63,986 bases of DNA, filler included, from Octopus bimaculoides (GCF_001194135.2; 8 parts of 7 records of this genome joined end to end with filler, not necessarily neighbours in it), one strand, 5' to 3'. Shown: positions 26,679 to 38,872, numbered from the whole stretch's first letter. The notes: generated by a model from the letters alone, not told the origin. A program made the numbers and translations.

Positions 26679-27744
26679 GAAGCAAAAGCCAAAGTGATGG
26701 AGTAAATGTTGAATTGAGCGAATGTATTGCTACATCAAACGTGTGCGTGTATGTGATTGTGCCTGTGTGCATCGCTTGTGTGCTTTTGTCTGTTTAACGA
26801 TTGGACAGTGTCCTGCATACATATCTCTAAATGACTAAAACTGTAGTCACATTTGTGTGCTTCTACGTATGTGTGTTTGTGTATGTATATATACATATAG
26901 GGATTAGTGTGTTTGTGTGTGTGTGTGTGTAGGTATATGTGCGTTTCATGTTCAACTATTTAGAAAAGCATTACACACGAAAAGGAATTTTATGAAGACG
27001 ATAAAGAAATTGCAATAAAATCTTTTTTTTTTTTTTATTAAAGAATTGATATTTTTCTTAGACTTTCTTTAAGAACCATTTTAAAAAGACTTTTTCTTTC
27101 TTGTTATTTTGACTGTTTTCGATTTTTATTGCATTGAAGGAGGAGATATATCGATGAAAGCAAAAAAATAAGAAAAACAGTCGGATATTGTAATCGTGGC
27201 TTTTCCCTTTCATACACTTGAATCCGAACTGACCTGATGGGAGGTTAAATGTCGTATTTATAACTGAAACTAATCTTAACACACATTCTCTGTTTATTCA
27301 GACAATTTTGTAAAATAAAGATGATAGTAGGCATGAAGTGATAAAATATCTGTGTGTGTGTGAGCGTGCGTGAGAGTATTTTAAAAGGGGATGGATTAGT
27401 TGTGTGGTGAGGGGTGAATACGAGGTTGAGTGTCATAGTGGAGTGATGAAGATGTGACTATGGTTCAGTTATAAAGTGGAAAGAGTTATGGAGCGGTAGG
27501 TGAAGGGTTTGAAACAGGTGAATCGATGAGGGTGGTGGAATACTGAGTGGGTAGGATGATACGGCTGATGATAATGATGGATTGGTGAGGACAATGTTGA
27601 TGGAATTGTGGAATGGTGGATGTCGTCGGCGGTGTATTGTTTCGAATGATGGGAGTGGCCGGGAGTTGTGAGTGACTGGCTGAGGGAAAAATGAAAACCC
27701 ATCCAAATAAAAGAACCTGGAAATAAAGATGACCACAACCCTTC

Positions 27745-27960
27745 ACTTCATCTTAGAGGCACAGGTCGTCGATTTGCTACGGAAGAAGAAGTGCAGGAAG
27801 CGGTGCATAAATGGCTACGCGACTAGACGAAAAACCTTTTCCAACAAAGTAAGCATTCTTGTGGACTGCCGAAAGAAGTGCATGGAAAACCAAGGAGACT
27901 ACGTCGAAAAATGACGTTGTTCAACCAACAGATTTTGTTCTAATAAATTACACAAACAAA
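27745..27960 (+). mobile_element. Mariner transposase C-terminal relic
   Basis: GRRFATEEEVQEAVHKWLRD then LVDCRKKCMENQGDYVEK*, matching the mariner C-terminal GxYFE/GDYVEK pattern. Confidence 0.75.
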
Positions 27961-28537
27961 TGTGCATATAATAGAAATTGATATTGTCAAATACAGATGA
28001 GGAAGATGATTTGTAGAGCGGCATTGATGGGTTTTCCTTACTGATAGGAACTGGATGATGAAAGTAAACTAGAAGAACATGTACAGCAACAACTGACAGC
28101 AACAACAGTAACAACGACATCAACAACAATAACAAGTCATAGGACTTAGAAGTGAAATAACGGATATCGTTTGCACTTTTAATATTTCTACATGTATATA
28201 TACACATGCATACATAGATGGTAATACATAAACATACGAATGTCGATACAGACGTGCGCATACGCAGTGGTCCCTCTCCATCTCAAAGGTAGGGCAGAGT
28301 TGCAAAAATATTCGGGCTTCGGCAGCCCCCACCCAGCCCCTCTGTTTCATACGAAAGCAATATTAGAGAGACGTTCTTCTATGTATAGGCATATGTCAGA
28401 ACGTGCACGAGTGTGTGTGTGTGTGAATGTAACACGCTACATACAAATATATGCACAAACATGTATGCATGCATGTATGTCGGCATATGCACACACAGAC
28501 ACACATATATATACACACATGTATATATATAAATAAA

Positions 28538-28594
<57 letters not shown>

Positions 28595-28854
28595 NNNNNN
28601 NNNNNNNNNNNNNNNNNNNNNNNNNNNNNNNNNNNNNNTTAATTAATTAANNNNNNNNNNNNNNNNNNNNNNNNNNNNNNNNNNNNNNNNNNNNCTCACA
28701 TGTTTTACACCATGCACCTATTCAGGCAATGTTAATTTGATGGAGAGAGGGGGCTAATGTACAGCCCAAACATTTGATCACTATAAAGAAATCAATTCTG
28801 CAGGTTGTTCTGCAAAAAATTGCAAAAGTCTATCTCAGACAACAAGAGACTATC

Positions 28855-28885
<31 letters not shown>

Positions 28886-29047
28886 ACGAGCTTCTTTCAG
28901 TTTCCATCTACCAAATCCATTCACAAGGCTTTGGTCGGCCCGAGGCTATAGTAGAAGACACTTGCCTAAGGTGCGATGCAGTGGGTCTGAACCCAGAACC
29001 ATATGGTTGGTAAGCAAGCTACTTACCACACAGCCACACTCCTGCGC
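28886..29047 (-). mobile_element. SINE family A head
   Basis: Near-consensus CTTCTTTCAGTTTCCATCTACCAAATCC..CTTACCACACAGCC. Confidence 0.9.
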
Positions 29048-29169
29048 CTTATATACAAAGTTTACAAAAACTTTTAACTAATTCTTTCAAGACTACTACA
29101 AGTCCACCAAGATACGGATTGATAAATAGGCAGGTGGAAGGAAGGGAATGTAAAATGAAGCTGTGGTGC

Positions 29170-29385
29170 CTGATGTATGAAAATTCCAGAGAAAGCTTGT
29201 GGGAGCATGCTCTGATTAAACCCAGTTTTTCTCTGAGATCATTTGTACTCTGTTGCTCATGCACACTAACATTATACATCTGGCAAAGCATGCTTGCCTC
29301 ATTTCTTTCCAGCTCGCACAATCTCAGGATCCAATGCGTTGGTTTTGTTGCCATGCAACATCGCAATTTATACACAGGCCTAATA
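29170..29385 (-). mobile_element. RTE-clade LINE ORF2 C-terminal fragment
   Basis: ..LERNEASMLCQMYNVSVHEQQSTNDLREKLG matches the post-RT RTE pattern (RLERxExxMLRWM). Confidence 0.7.
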
Positions 29386-31601
29386 CTATTTATCCTTCAC
29401 TTGGAAACAGAGTCCCTTTGTTGTTGTCAGAGGTAATAGCTCATTAAATTGTTTCTAATCCATTCTCACTCTAACTACTATGCTGTCATAGCACTGAACT
29501 TCATTGCTAATTAGATGACATAGGGGGAAGCTGTCAGCTACAACTACGGGACCCTTTGAGCATTTAAAAGTGTTCATTTCATGGATGTTATTACTGCTGA
29601 CTACTCTCAGTATCTACCTTCTGTCAGTGGACATGTGACCCACACCTACACATCCTGTGCATCCATAGTTTATTTTGGAAACACCATACAGCATTCCTAA
29701 TTACTCTCTCTCTTTGTATAAAGCCTGGCCACTTCCCAAAGTCCTAACTTCTTTCCTACTAAGTAAAACATTTGACCAATGCCATGTGAGTGAATTTGGT
29801 AGATGAAACTGTAGGAAACCTATCATATGAATATTGTGTGCACACATGCAAGCATGTGCATAAGTATGTATATATAAACTGCATCTGGTAGTGGGGGCCT
29901 GGTACAGGAGTTTCAGGGCTTTGAGGAGAGTGGAACCACCTCTTAGCCACTTTTGTTCCCAGATCTACTCTGACCCAGAGTCGTAGCACCTTTTAGGGTC
30001 CCAGCTCTGAGTTAATAACATGTGAACCAATGGTAGTGAAGGTGCCCTAGTGCTTGCTAAAATTTCCTTCTAGGAGAAGGTAAACTTGTATAAAAGAAAC
30101 CTGAAGTGCAGCTGGTTTCTGGTTGTTTCAACCTCTGTTGTGCCACTGGGTTTATAGCTGATTGTTCTGAAAAGTGGATTCAGTGCTATCCACTCAAATG
30201 TGGTCTTACTTAGGTCATGACTTCCACCCTGTGAGTGTGAGTGTGTATAAACGCGGACATCCCACAGTTTCACTTGAGTGAAACAGGAAAAGATGTTTAC
30301 ATTCCTTGTTGAATTTATGACCAGTTTCAGTACTTTTGAAGATCAATGAAATTCTGCTTCAAACACATTTCCATCCAAGCCATGCTAGCATAGGAAAATG
30401 AACGTTAAATAAAAGAGCAAATGAACAAATACATATGTTTGCAAGTGAGTATATGTGCATAAAGGTGCTTGCTGCTAAAGCCACACTAATTTCAACACTG
30501 CTCTTAGTTTACTTATCTAATAATACCCTATTAAGTAGTTGAAATTTTCTTAAATTACTGCCTTTTGTTGGCAGTAATAACACCCATGAAATAACTCGTT
30601 CTTTTTGTTTAACATATCAAACATATACATCAGCAATGTCAGCCATCTTTCCTTGCTCATAATATTTCCCACCAATATTAATTTACAAAGATTCAAGATG
30701 AACATTCATAGTATCAATCTCACCAACCTGGGGAGAGGGGCTACAAAAGCCATTGAAAATGTTCATTCCTCAAGACCCAGCAAGTGAAAAAACAAAAAAA
30801 AAAAAATGAATATGTTACTTTTCAGCTAAACACAACAGATCCTCTGGAACATTTTCCAGAGATGCGGTTTCAATAACTGATTCATCTATTTTTATATTTT
30901 CAACTAAGTTCCATTTCACACTCCTAATACTGGGACACTGTATATTCCATCTGTCTGTATATTAAAAAGAAAGTATCTGTTGAGGATGTTACTCTTGAAT
31001 GTATCTTTGGTGACACAGAGAAAGTTCTTCTCTCTACTGTTTGTATAAGATACCTTGCCCTGGTATATAAGAATATTCTTTATCGTTGTATATGATGCAA
31101 AACTATCACAACTTCCTATTGCTAACCCCTTTACACTGGCACTAGGGATGTTATATGCCAAGAATAAAAATTCTTTATTCTGTATTGGTTTTATGAATAG
31201 TTTGAAGTAATATCATATAATACACATATGTACATTGCAATTTAGAGTTAGACCAGGTCTCATGGCTGAGAATAATTAAATACCACAACATCACCCATTA
31301 TATTTGTTAGAGGATTCAGATCTCCGTTGAGGGCTTGTCACTAGGTATGATAGAAGCCGACCAAAAGATCAGAGGCAGTAACCTTCCCTTTTTGAGTAAG
31401 CCATAAAAAGATAGTGAAATAAGAAAGGAAAAAGTCCAAACTTAGCTTACCTTTAATATATCAATAAAAGTTTGGTATTTTTAATTAAATTTTAAAATAA
31501 AATGTTTATAAAAGGTGTCAGAGTGATAGAGTATGTGCAACAACAGGCGAGAAGAAGGTTAGTAAAGTAAATGAATTGTTAATAGTCTTGTGTTATATTA
31601 A

Positions 31602-31823
31602 CCCTTTTGAGACTCTTGTTATATCAAAACACACTGTCTACATGCTACAATTAATTTTGAAAATATTCAAAAATTCAGAGGTTTTTAATAAAAAGACCAA
31701 GTTTTTCATTATTAATCTAATGACTGGCACACAGTAAAAGGTTCTCACATAAAACTATAAAGAGAGGATTTAATTTAAAATACAGATCAAGGAATGGTTT
31801 CAGGTGGAGTAGTATCAAAAGGG
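31602..31823. mobile_element. piggyBac-type MITE (222 bp)
   Basis: TTAA|CCCTTTTGAGAC ... GTATCAAAAGGG|TTAA; 11/12 TIR match and TTAA target duplication. Confidence 0.75.
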
Positions 31824-32029
31824 TTAATATCCTGTTGTTTTTAAGACAAAACATTTTAAGTTGAAAGGAAAGTGTAACTGTCAGTATGCAGTTACACCAA
31901 CATGCCTTACAGAATATTAGGCTTAGCTACAGATTAGGGATTCAGTTCTGAAAGAAAAAGAAATCCTATTAGAATTTTAGGGAAAAAAGTAAAACGTTTC
32001 TGGTAGTAGAATGAGTCTTTGTTACATAC

Positions 32030-32053
32030 CTTCATCTACAGTACGATCCTCTG
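32030..32053 (-). CDS. Candidate 24-nt microexon of an unidentified gene (phase 1: xEDRTVDEx)
   Basis: Minus strand ttttcattgtctttcatttattcttctccag|CAGAGGATCGTACTGTAGATGAAG|gtatgt; frame-preserving, NAGNAG acceptor. No expression evidence. Confidence 0.3.
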
Positions 32054-32651
32054 CTGGAGAAGAATAAATGAAAGACAATGAAAACTGCTGCCTCTTTAGA
32101 TGACAATGATTGGAAAACAAAGCAGTTATACACAAAACCCTACCAATGACTGTCTATTATTAACACTACAGAAAGAATCTTGGGGTTTGTTGGGACCACA
32201 ATATTTTCACTCCAATCTTTTCTAATTTCAGTTGGAGTTAGTAAGGTAATAAGAATTTTCTTTCTAAAAAACAAAAACACTTCCAGCAAAGAAGTGCCAA
32301 CTGTTTCAACTAACTGGCAAATTATTGTTGTTTGAAAATATTTAGTCAGCTGTCAATAAATTTCCTTTTAGACTAATGCAATTGCCACATCAAAGAGGAT
32401 TACAAACAAGGAAATAGGATATTTTTAAGAAACAGAGATTTAAGTATGAGAAAGTTGGTCATTCTTTTAGTTCAGAAACCACAACAGGTAAACATATGAA
32501 AAAGAAAACCAAAAATAAATAATAAACTGGATTCTATGAAATCTGAAGATTATTACAAAATTCAAACTTATTTGGTTTTCGTTTGTTTACTCTTCCATAT
32601 ATATTCTGTACACTCAGCTTGTTTTTTGTTTTTAATATTTTGTGGCAGATG

Positions 32652-32870
32652 AAGGCAGTGAGCAGGCAGAATTGTTAGCACACTGGGTAAAATGCTTAGC
32701 AGCATTTCATTCACCTTTACATTCCGAGTTCAAATTCCATCAAGGCCAACTTTGCCTTTCAACCTTTTACAGTTGATAAAATAACTACCTGTTGAGCACT
32801 GGGATTGATGTGCTCAACTGACCTTTCCCCTAAAATTGCTGGCTTTGTGCCACAAACTGAAATCAATATT
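32652..32870 (+). mobile_element. SINE family B, CpG-decayed copy
   Basis: Full-length match to 38622 copy with nearly every CG changed to TG or CA. Confidence 0.85.
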
Positions 32871-34140
32871 TTGTGGCAGATTTTTAAAATCACATAAATG
32901 TACATTAGAACTCAAAATATTGGAAAGCTATCTCTAAAGACTCCTGGTGATCAACAGTATACTTATGTTGATGTTTTTGGAATCATACTGTTGCCAAAAG
33001 GTGCAGTAGAAAAGATTTTCTTGCATAAGGTCACTGCAAGATTATTAGATGCAATTCTCAGTTGATATGTTATTATGCACCCTTAACTGCCCCTATATGT
33101 ACCTTAAATGAAATCTCCAGCTGAAGCTGAACATGCTGAGTTGTTTATAAGCTTATGAACATGATGAATTGTTTATAAGCTTAAAATTGTTTATAAGCTC
33201 TTCTCACTTCTTAACCCAACAATTATAACATGAAAATAAAAATGAGATAATCTACTGAAAATTTGATTATTTCCTTCTAATCAAATCCAATAAGCATGTT
33301 CTGAGGTAACATCTTTAATAAATGGTGATATAGAAGCAGTGTGAACTGTGCTGAGGTACATACAAAATAGCCATCTTAACCTAGACCAGGAATAAGCAAT
33401 TTTTGGGGGACAAATCAAAAACACAATACACAACACACAGCATAATTAAAACTCAGTTTCGAACAGCTAAATAAGGAAATGATGAGGAAAACGAACCAAA
33501 GAAAAGTTGGAAAGAGGCAAACATTTGTATCTAGCATAAACCAACAAAATAGGCAGTGAAAACTTTATACAAAGTAATTAGTATCATCAGTGACAGCCAC
33601 ACCACTTCTGCATGTTACAATTACAAAGCTCAAATAACAGAACCACATTTCACCAGCGAAAAAATGTCTTCAAGCATTCCTTGAAAATCAGCTGCAAAGA
33701 AAACTGCATTGAGCAACGGGAACACAAAATGCAAGAATCACCCATTCCACTTTGACAAAAAGCGTCCCACACATCCTTTTAACAATTACTGACATCAACT
33801 CAACATGCTGGTTAGAAAACTAGCTTTCAGGTCATTAAAGCTACTAAAATAACACGTCTTGAATTTACAATTTCCCAAATGAGTACCACAAACATCCTTC
33901 CTATCCCATACTCATTTTAACCTATATACACACACAACCTTCCAAAACATTTCTTCACACAATACATGTAGCATCACATGTAGGAGACATGACACAATTA
34001 GACAATTACTCCAACCTTACATCAATCACCTAGAACAGCATATTAAGCCCCCACACTCCTTATGGAGCATAGGCCGACAACAACTTTTTCTCCACTGTTC
34101 TTGAATCTGGACTGTGCCTCCCAGGTCTTCTTAGATTTAA

Positions 34141-34360
34141 CCTTTTAACATTCAGATTACTCTGTCAAATGTAATGCTTACTTATTCACAATATTTTGAA
34201 TTAATTATGTATAATCTTGTAGCTTTGAGATTTCAAAGTTGTGATTGTTTATTTTTACAATGATATTGTACAGGAAGTATGAGAGGTCAGATCTGACCAT
34301 TTTGAACATAAAACAGATAGAATATTTTGGGCTGATATGACCAGTTTAAACACTAAAGGA
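34141..34360. mobile_element. piggyBac-type MITE, degenerate (220 bp)
   Basis: TTAA|CCTTTTAACATTC ... AAACACTAAAGGA|TTAA. Confidence 0.55.
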
Positions 34361-34539
34361 TTAAATTGTTAACAATGCTTCTATAGCTTTACTTGTTTTT
34401 TAAGTAGAGGGTGTTGGCCCTATGTAAGCCCATTTTTACCTCTGCTAAGAGGTGGTCTATATTAGCCCAACTTCTATCCATTGATTTGTCAAGCACAGGT
34501 GGTCCTACAAGGAGCTTATGCTCCACTGGTATAGCTCTC

Positions 34540-35030
34540 ATCATCATTGTCGTTTAACGTCCGCTTTCCATGCTAGCATGGGTTGGACGATTTGACTGAG
34601 GACTGGTGAACCAGATGGCTACACCAGGCTCCAATCTGATTTGGCAGAGTTTCTACAGCTGGATGCCCTTCCTAACGCCAACCACTCCAAGAGTGTGGTG
34701 GGTGCTTTTACGTGCCACCGGCACGAAGGCCAGTCAAGAGGTACTGGCAACGGCCATGCTCGAAATGGTGTATTTTACATGCCACCTGCACAGGAGCCAG
34801 TCCAGCGGTACTGGCAACGAACTCGCTCGAATGTCTTTTCACGTGCCAGGAAGGCGACGTTGGTAACGATCACGCTCAAATGGTACTATTTACGTGCCAC
34901 CAGCACGGAAGCCAGACAGCTGGTGCTCTGGCAACGATCACGCTCGGACGGTGCTCTTAGTGATCTACTGGTACAGGTAACATCACAATTTCGCTTTCAC
35001 TTGCCCCAACACGTCTTTGCAAGCTCTCAG
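34540..35030 (-). mobile_element. RTE-type 3' end or RTE-mobilised SINE with four internal 50-70 bp subrepeats
   Basis: (CAT)n tail + GTTTAACGTCCGCTTTCCATGCTAGCATGGGTTGGACG; GGATGCCCTTCCTAACGCCAAC motif; TTTTACGTGCCACC..GGCAACG units. Confidence 0.7.
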
Positions 35031-35504
35031 GATCATTAAGGTACACAAGTTACCACACTGCAACAAGGACTGGACTTTGTGGTATCAATCATTCAGAAGC
35101 CTGGTTCTGAGTCATTCAGAAACCTGATTTCAATCTACTGCCTCCCTTTTTTACCAGTGACACAAGAAGTCATCAAAATACACCCAACCTTTACACTTGA
35201 ACAATGTAAATGTACTTCACACTAAAAAGACAAAAATACTAGGTGATCACAAAATAAGTTCAGAAACATGAAGCAAGTATAAAAAAGAATACAGAACAGC
35301 ACACAAACATATTTAGAGCACCTGTAAGCAGTGCAAATGGCAAAACATAAAGGAACAACAACACTAGTATGTTAATAATACTTTAGATCCATCAGAATAA
35401 TGCCAGCTCTACTTGGGCCCAAAATCTCACCATAACATAAAACAATAAAGTTTTTAGCCACACAACCTTGTCTGCATCATTTATTTATTTATTTAATCTT
35501 TTTA

Positions 35505-35720
35505 GGTGTTTCAGTCATTAGAGTGTGGCCAAGCTGGGGCACCACCTTGAAGAACTTTAGTCGAGTGAATCAACCCAGATGTTACTTTTTTAAGCCTTGT
35601 ACTTATTCTATCAGTCCCTTTTGCCAAACTGCTAAGTTTCAAGGACGGAAATACACCAACACTGGTTGTCAAGTGGTGATGGAGGACAAACACAGACACC
35701 AAGACGAACACATATATATA
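35505..35720 (-). mobile_element. SINE family A 3' tail
   Basis: TTCAGTCATT..GTGGCCA.GCTGGGGCACCACC..TTTAGTCGAG..GGTTGTCAAGTGG; abuts (TA)n and a gap. Confidence 0.8.
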
Positions 35721-35844
35721 TATATATANNNNNNNNNNNNNNNNNNNNNNNNNNNNNNNNNNNNNNNNNNNNNNNNNNNNNNNNNNNNNNNNNNNNNNNN
35801 NNNNNNNNNNNNNNNNNNNNNNNNNNNNNNNNNNNNNNNNNNNN

Positions 35845-36595
35845 GGTCTGATCAATAAGTATCCGGACTGTTGCCATAGTAACAAAGCTAAAGCATGCAG
35901 AGTAAAGCTGCTTGGCACAGATTGATTTTGAACTCTGCTGTGCATGCATACTAAGTTTTAACGTTCTAGCTCAAGTCTACTGTTTACAGCAGTGCTTGAA
36001 AGGAAGGTGTGTAGTGTGTGATCGTCACATTGACCATGACAGAGAAAGATGTCATGGTGACACCTGCTCAGAGGCCTTTGCAAAATTGCAGAAAGTGTAT
36101 GAGCCACAAGTGTATGAGTGGTTCACATGTTTCCAAGATGGCCAAAAAAATGTCGATAGTGATGAATGTTCTGGGAGACCTACAACTAGCAGAACTGAAA
36201 AAAACATCGCAGACGTGCACACAGCTTTGAGGGGAAATCGGCAAATTACCATCCATGATTCATCAGAGGATGTGCAGATTAATTACAGTTTAGTTCAGTC
36301 CATTATCACTGAAGATTTGGGTATGAGACACTTATCTGCCAAGTTTGTGCCAAAACTGCTTTCAGTTGACCAAAAAGTTGGCTTTCAGTTGCACAAGATC
36401 TCCTTGATTGTGTCAAGAATGATGAAAACTTTTTGAAAATTCTGTGTAGGCCTCTGAGCAGGTATCACTAAGCCTTTGGTAAAATTTGATGCAGATTCTC
36501 TGCTCAACTTTGTCTGTCGTGGTCAATGCAACAATCGCATGCTACACACCTTCCTTCCAAGCACTGTTGTAAACAGCGAAAGTGAGCTATCAGAC
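35845..36595 (+). mobile_element. Mariner derivative: N-terminal HTH half plus inverted copy of its own 5' region
   Basis: VYEWFTCFQDGQKNVDSDECSGRPTTS..EDLGMRHLSAKFVPKLLS (HTH and WVPHEL-like motif); 36436-36589 is the reverse complement of 35967-36087. Confidence 0.85.
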
Positions 36596-37918
36596 TGAGT
36601 AAAAAGTAAGCAACGTTTTGAAACAGGAAATTCATCACAATATATTTCAACAAAGCAGAATTTTATTCATCAAAGTAAGAACTATTACAATCAATACATT
36701 TTTGCCAATGAATTACAAGTTTGCTTATTTTGGTAACATAAAAATTTGGAGTTCTGGAACTGATGTACTCTTTGAATGCACTTTCAGCATTGGCTTAATT
36801 TTTGAACTTCTCACACAGGAAACCATCAAGGCGCTTGAAAAAGTGGTAGTCAGTAGGAGAATGGTCTGGGAAATAAGCTGGGTGGGGAAGAACTTCATAA
36901 CCAAATTCCCTTAACTTCTGGAGTGTGGTGTGGTCCCTTAACTTCTGGAGTGAAACGTGTGGTCCAGCATTGTCATGAAGAATGATTGGCCCTCTTCTGT
37001 TGATCAATCTGGGACGGAAGAGTACTAGTTTTTCATTCATTTTGGTAATATGTTTCTGCAGTTATGGTTTTTCCGGATTTTAAGAAGTTATAGTGGATGA
37101 GTCCAGCAGTACACCACCAAACAGTCACCATAATATTCTTTTAGAAGAACTTGGGTTTAGGGAAGGTTTACGGTGCTCTATTTTGGTCCAACCACTGAGA
37201 AGAATGTTTTTTATTATTGTACAGAATCCACTTTTCATCGCAAGTTACAATCATCATCATCGTTTAACGTGCGCCTTCCATGCTAGCATGGGTTGGACGA
37301 TACAGTTAAAAAATGGATTGGTCTGGTTATAGAGAAGTGACAAGCAAATTTCATATCTGCACATTTTCTGATTTTCGTTCTAAACATGTGGTACCTACTT
37401 GTCGAGCATTTTTGATTTTCCAATCACATGCAAATGATTGCAGGCAGTTTCCTGGCTAACTTGAGGCTCTTTTGTCAGTTCTCGAGTGATTTTACATGGG
37501 TCTTTCTCAGTGACAGTCTTTAACTGACCGTCATCAATGACAGATGGGCATCCACTATGCTAACGATCTTTGAAGCTCAGGTCTTGACTGCGAAATTGTT
37601 CAAACAATTTCTGAGCTGACCACTCACAGGTCATCTCCTCACCAAACGTTTCATTGATATTGCGAGCAGTTTCAGCTGCCTTAATCCTTTTTTGAAGTTG
37701 AATAGCAAAACTGCTTGAATATCGCACTTTGACAGTTCCATTTCAGATGATTGTAACAATAGTGAAAAAAAATCAATGTTAATTTATTGATGCATTTGGG
37801 CAAGTCTATGTCTGTATTATCAGACAATTGCAAAAAAATGTTTTTAAAAAATTCAAAACTCTGCAAAAATCCGGTACGAATTCTTCATGGTTCAAAACGT
37901 TGCATACTTAACATTCCA
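36596..37918 (-). mobile_element. Near full-length decayed mariner (DD34D type) with TIRs
   Basis: TIRs TGAGTAAAAAGTAAGCAACGTTTTGAA / TTCAAAACGTTGCATACTTAACATTCCA; motifs IVTCDEKW, LHDNAGPH, PAYFPDHSPTDYHFF; many frameshifts. Confidence 0.9.
37251..37300 (-). mobile_element. 50-bp RTE-type 3' tail inserted in the mariner
   Basis: TCATCATCATCGTTTAACGT.CGC.TTCCATGCTAGCATGGGTTGGACG, nearly identical to 34543-34591. Confidence 0.8.
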
Positions 37919-38084
37919 CTGAACCCCTAGTCCAAAACCGATTGGTAAGATCAGCCGTAATGGATATACGATACAGTATGCTTCGATTAATACACCCACT
38001 CTACTAACAAATATATGAGTATATATTTTCCTGACTTATGGATTCTTAAATAGTTATTTGACCGTTGACTGGACACTATTCAAT

Positions 38085-38250
38085 TTTTTTTCTCCGTGTT
38101 TTTCTCCTTGTCTCCGTATTCTTTCTGTTGAAGAGTGTAGCTCGAAACGTCAAAGACTTTCCGTATTCCCGAGCGTCATACTAATATATACTTTTGTTAT
38201 TTACACCACCTGTCCTCGTCTGTTGTTATTATTTGTATATTCTCCCATAT
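38085..38250 (+). mobile_element. PLE-terminal-repeat-like short element (copies about 39735-39850 +, 59530-59720 -)
   Basis: Shared CT-rich flank, (C/U)CGANGA core with GAG(C)..(G)CTC hairpin, AAACGT, then GAGCGTC. Confidence 0.65.
38120..38156 (+). ncRNA. Minimal hammerhead-like motif with palindromic ACGU stem III
   Basis: UCUUU-CUGUUGA-A-GAG(uguag)CUC-GAAAC-GUC-AAAGA; 5-bp stem I, A6U core change. Confidence 0.6.
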
Positions 38251-38553
38251 ATTTATATATATATATATATATCTNNNNNNNNNNNNNNNNNNNNNNNNNN
38301 NNNNNNNNNNNNNNNNNNTTAATTAATTAANNNNNNNNNNNNNNNNNNNNNNNNNNNNNNNNNNNNNNNNNNNNATTGTATATCATATTATATATTGTAT
38401 ATTCCATATTCTATACCCCACATTAGTTCTGCAGGAATATAAATAAAACATAAAAAACAGACAGTGTTGGAACTCTTTTAAGCAAAATAATATATTCCTC
38501 TATACACAATCATACAAAAAAATCCACCTTTTTTTGTATTTATTTTTACTCGC

Positions 38554-38584
<31 letters not shown>

Positions 38585-38621
38585 AACACACACATACACT
38601 CACACACATATACATAGTCAT

Positions 38622-38835
38622 TAGGCGGCGAGCTGGGAGAATCGTTAGCACACCGGGCGGAATGCTTAACGGTATTTTGTCTGTCTTTGCGTTCTGAGTT
38701 CAAATTCCGCCGAGGTCGACTTTGTCTTTCATCCTTACGGGGCCGATAAAATAAGTACCAGTGAGGCACTGGGGTCGATGTAACAGCTTTACCCGCTTCC
38801 ACGAAACTGCTGGCCTTGTACCAAAATTTGAAACC
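38622..38835 (+). mobile_element. SINE family B, near consensus
   Basis: GGCGGCGAGCTGG.AGAATCGTTAGCA..GTTCTGAGTTCAAATTCCGCCGAGGTCGAC.. with A/B-box-like head. Confidence 0.9.

Positions 38836-38872
<37 letters not shown>

Noticed and set aside
30074-32487. Plus-strand microexon-like signals (30074-30079 and 32471-32487)
   Set aside because: Weaker GTAAAC donors and shorter pyrimidine tracts; such matches are expected by chance, though they show the strand of any gene is unproven.
34706-34960. Repeated units as a CRISPR-like array
   Set aside because: Eukaryotic TE context, diverged contiguous units, no unique spacers or cas genes.
38622-38700. tRNA genes
   Set aside because: A/B-box-like heads continue into SINE bodies; no complete cloverleaf was found.
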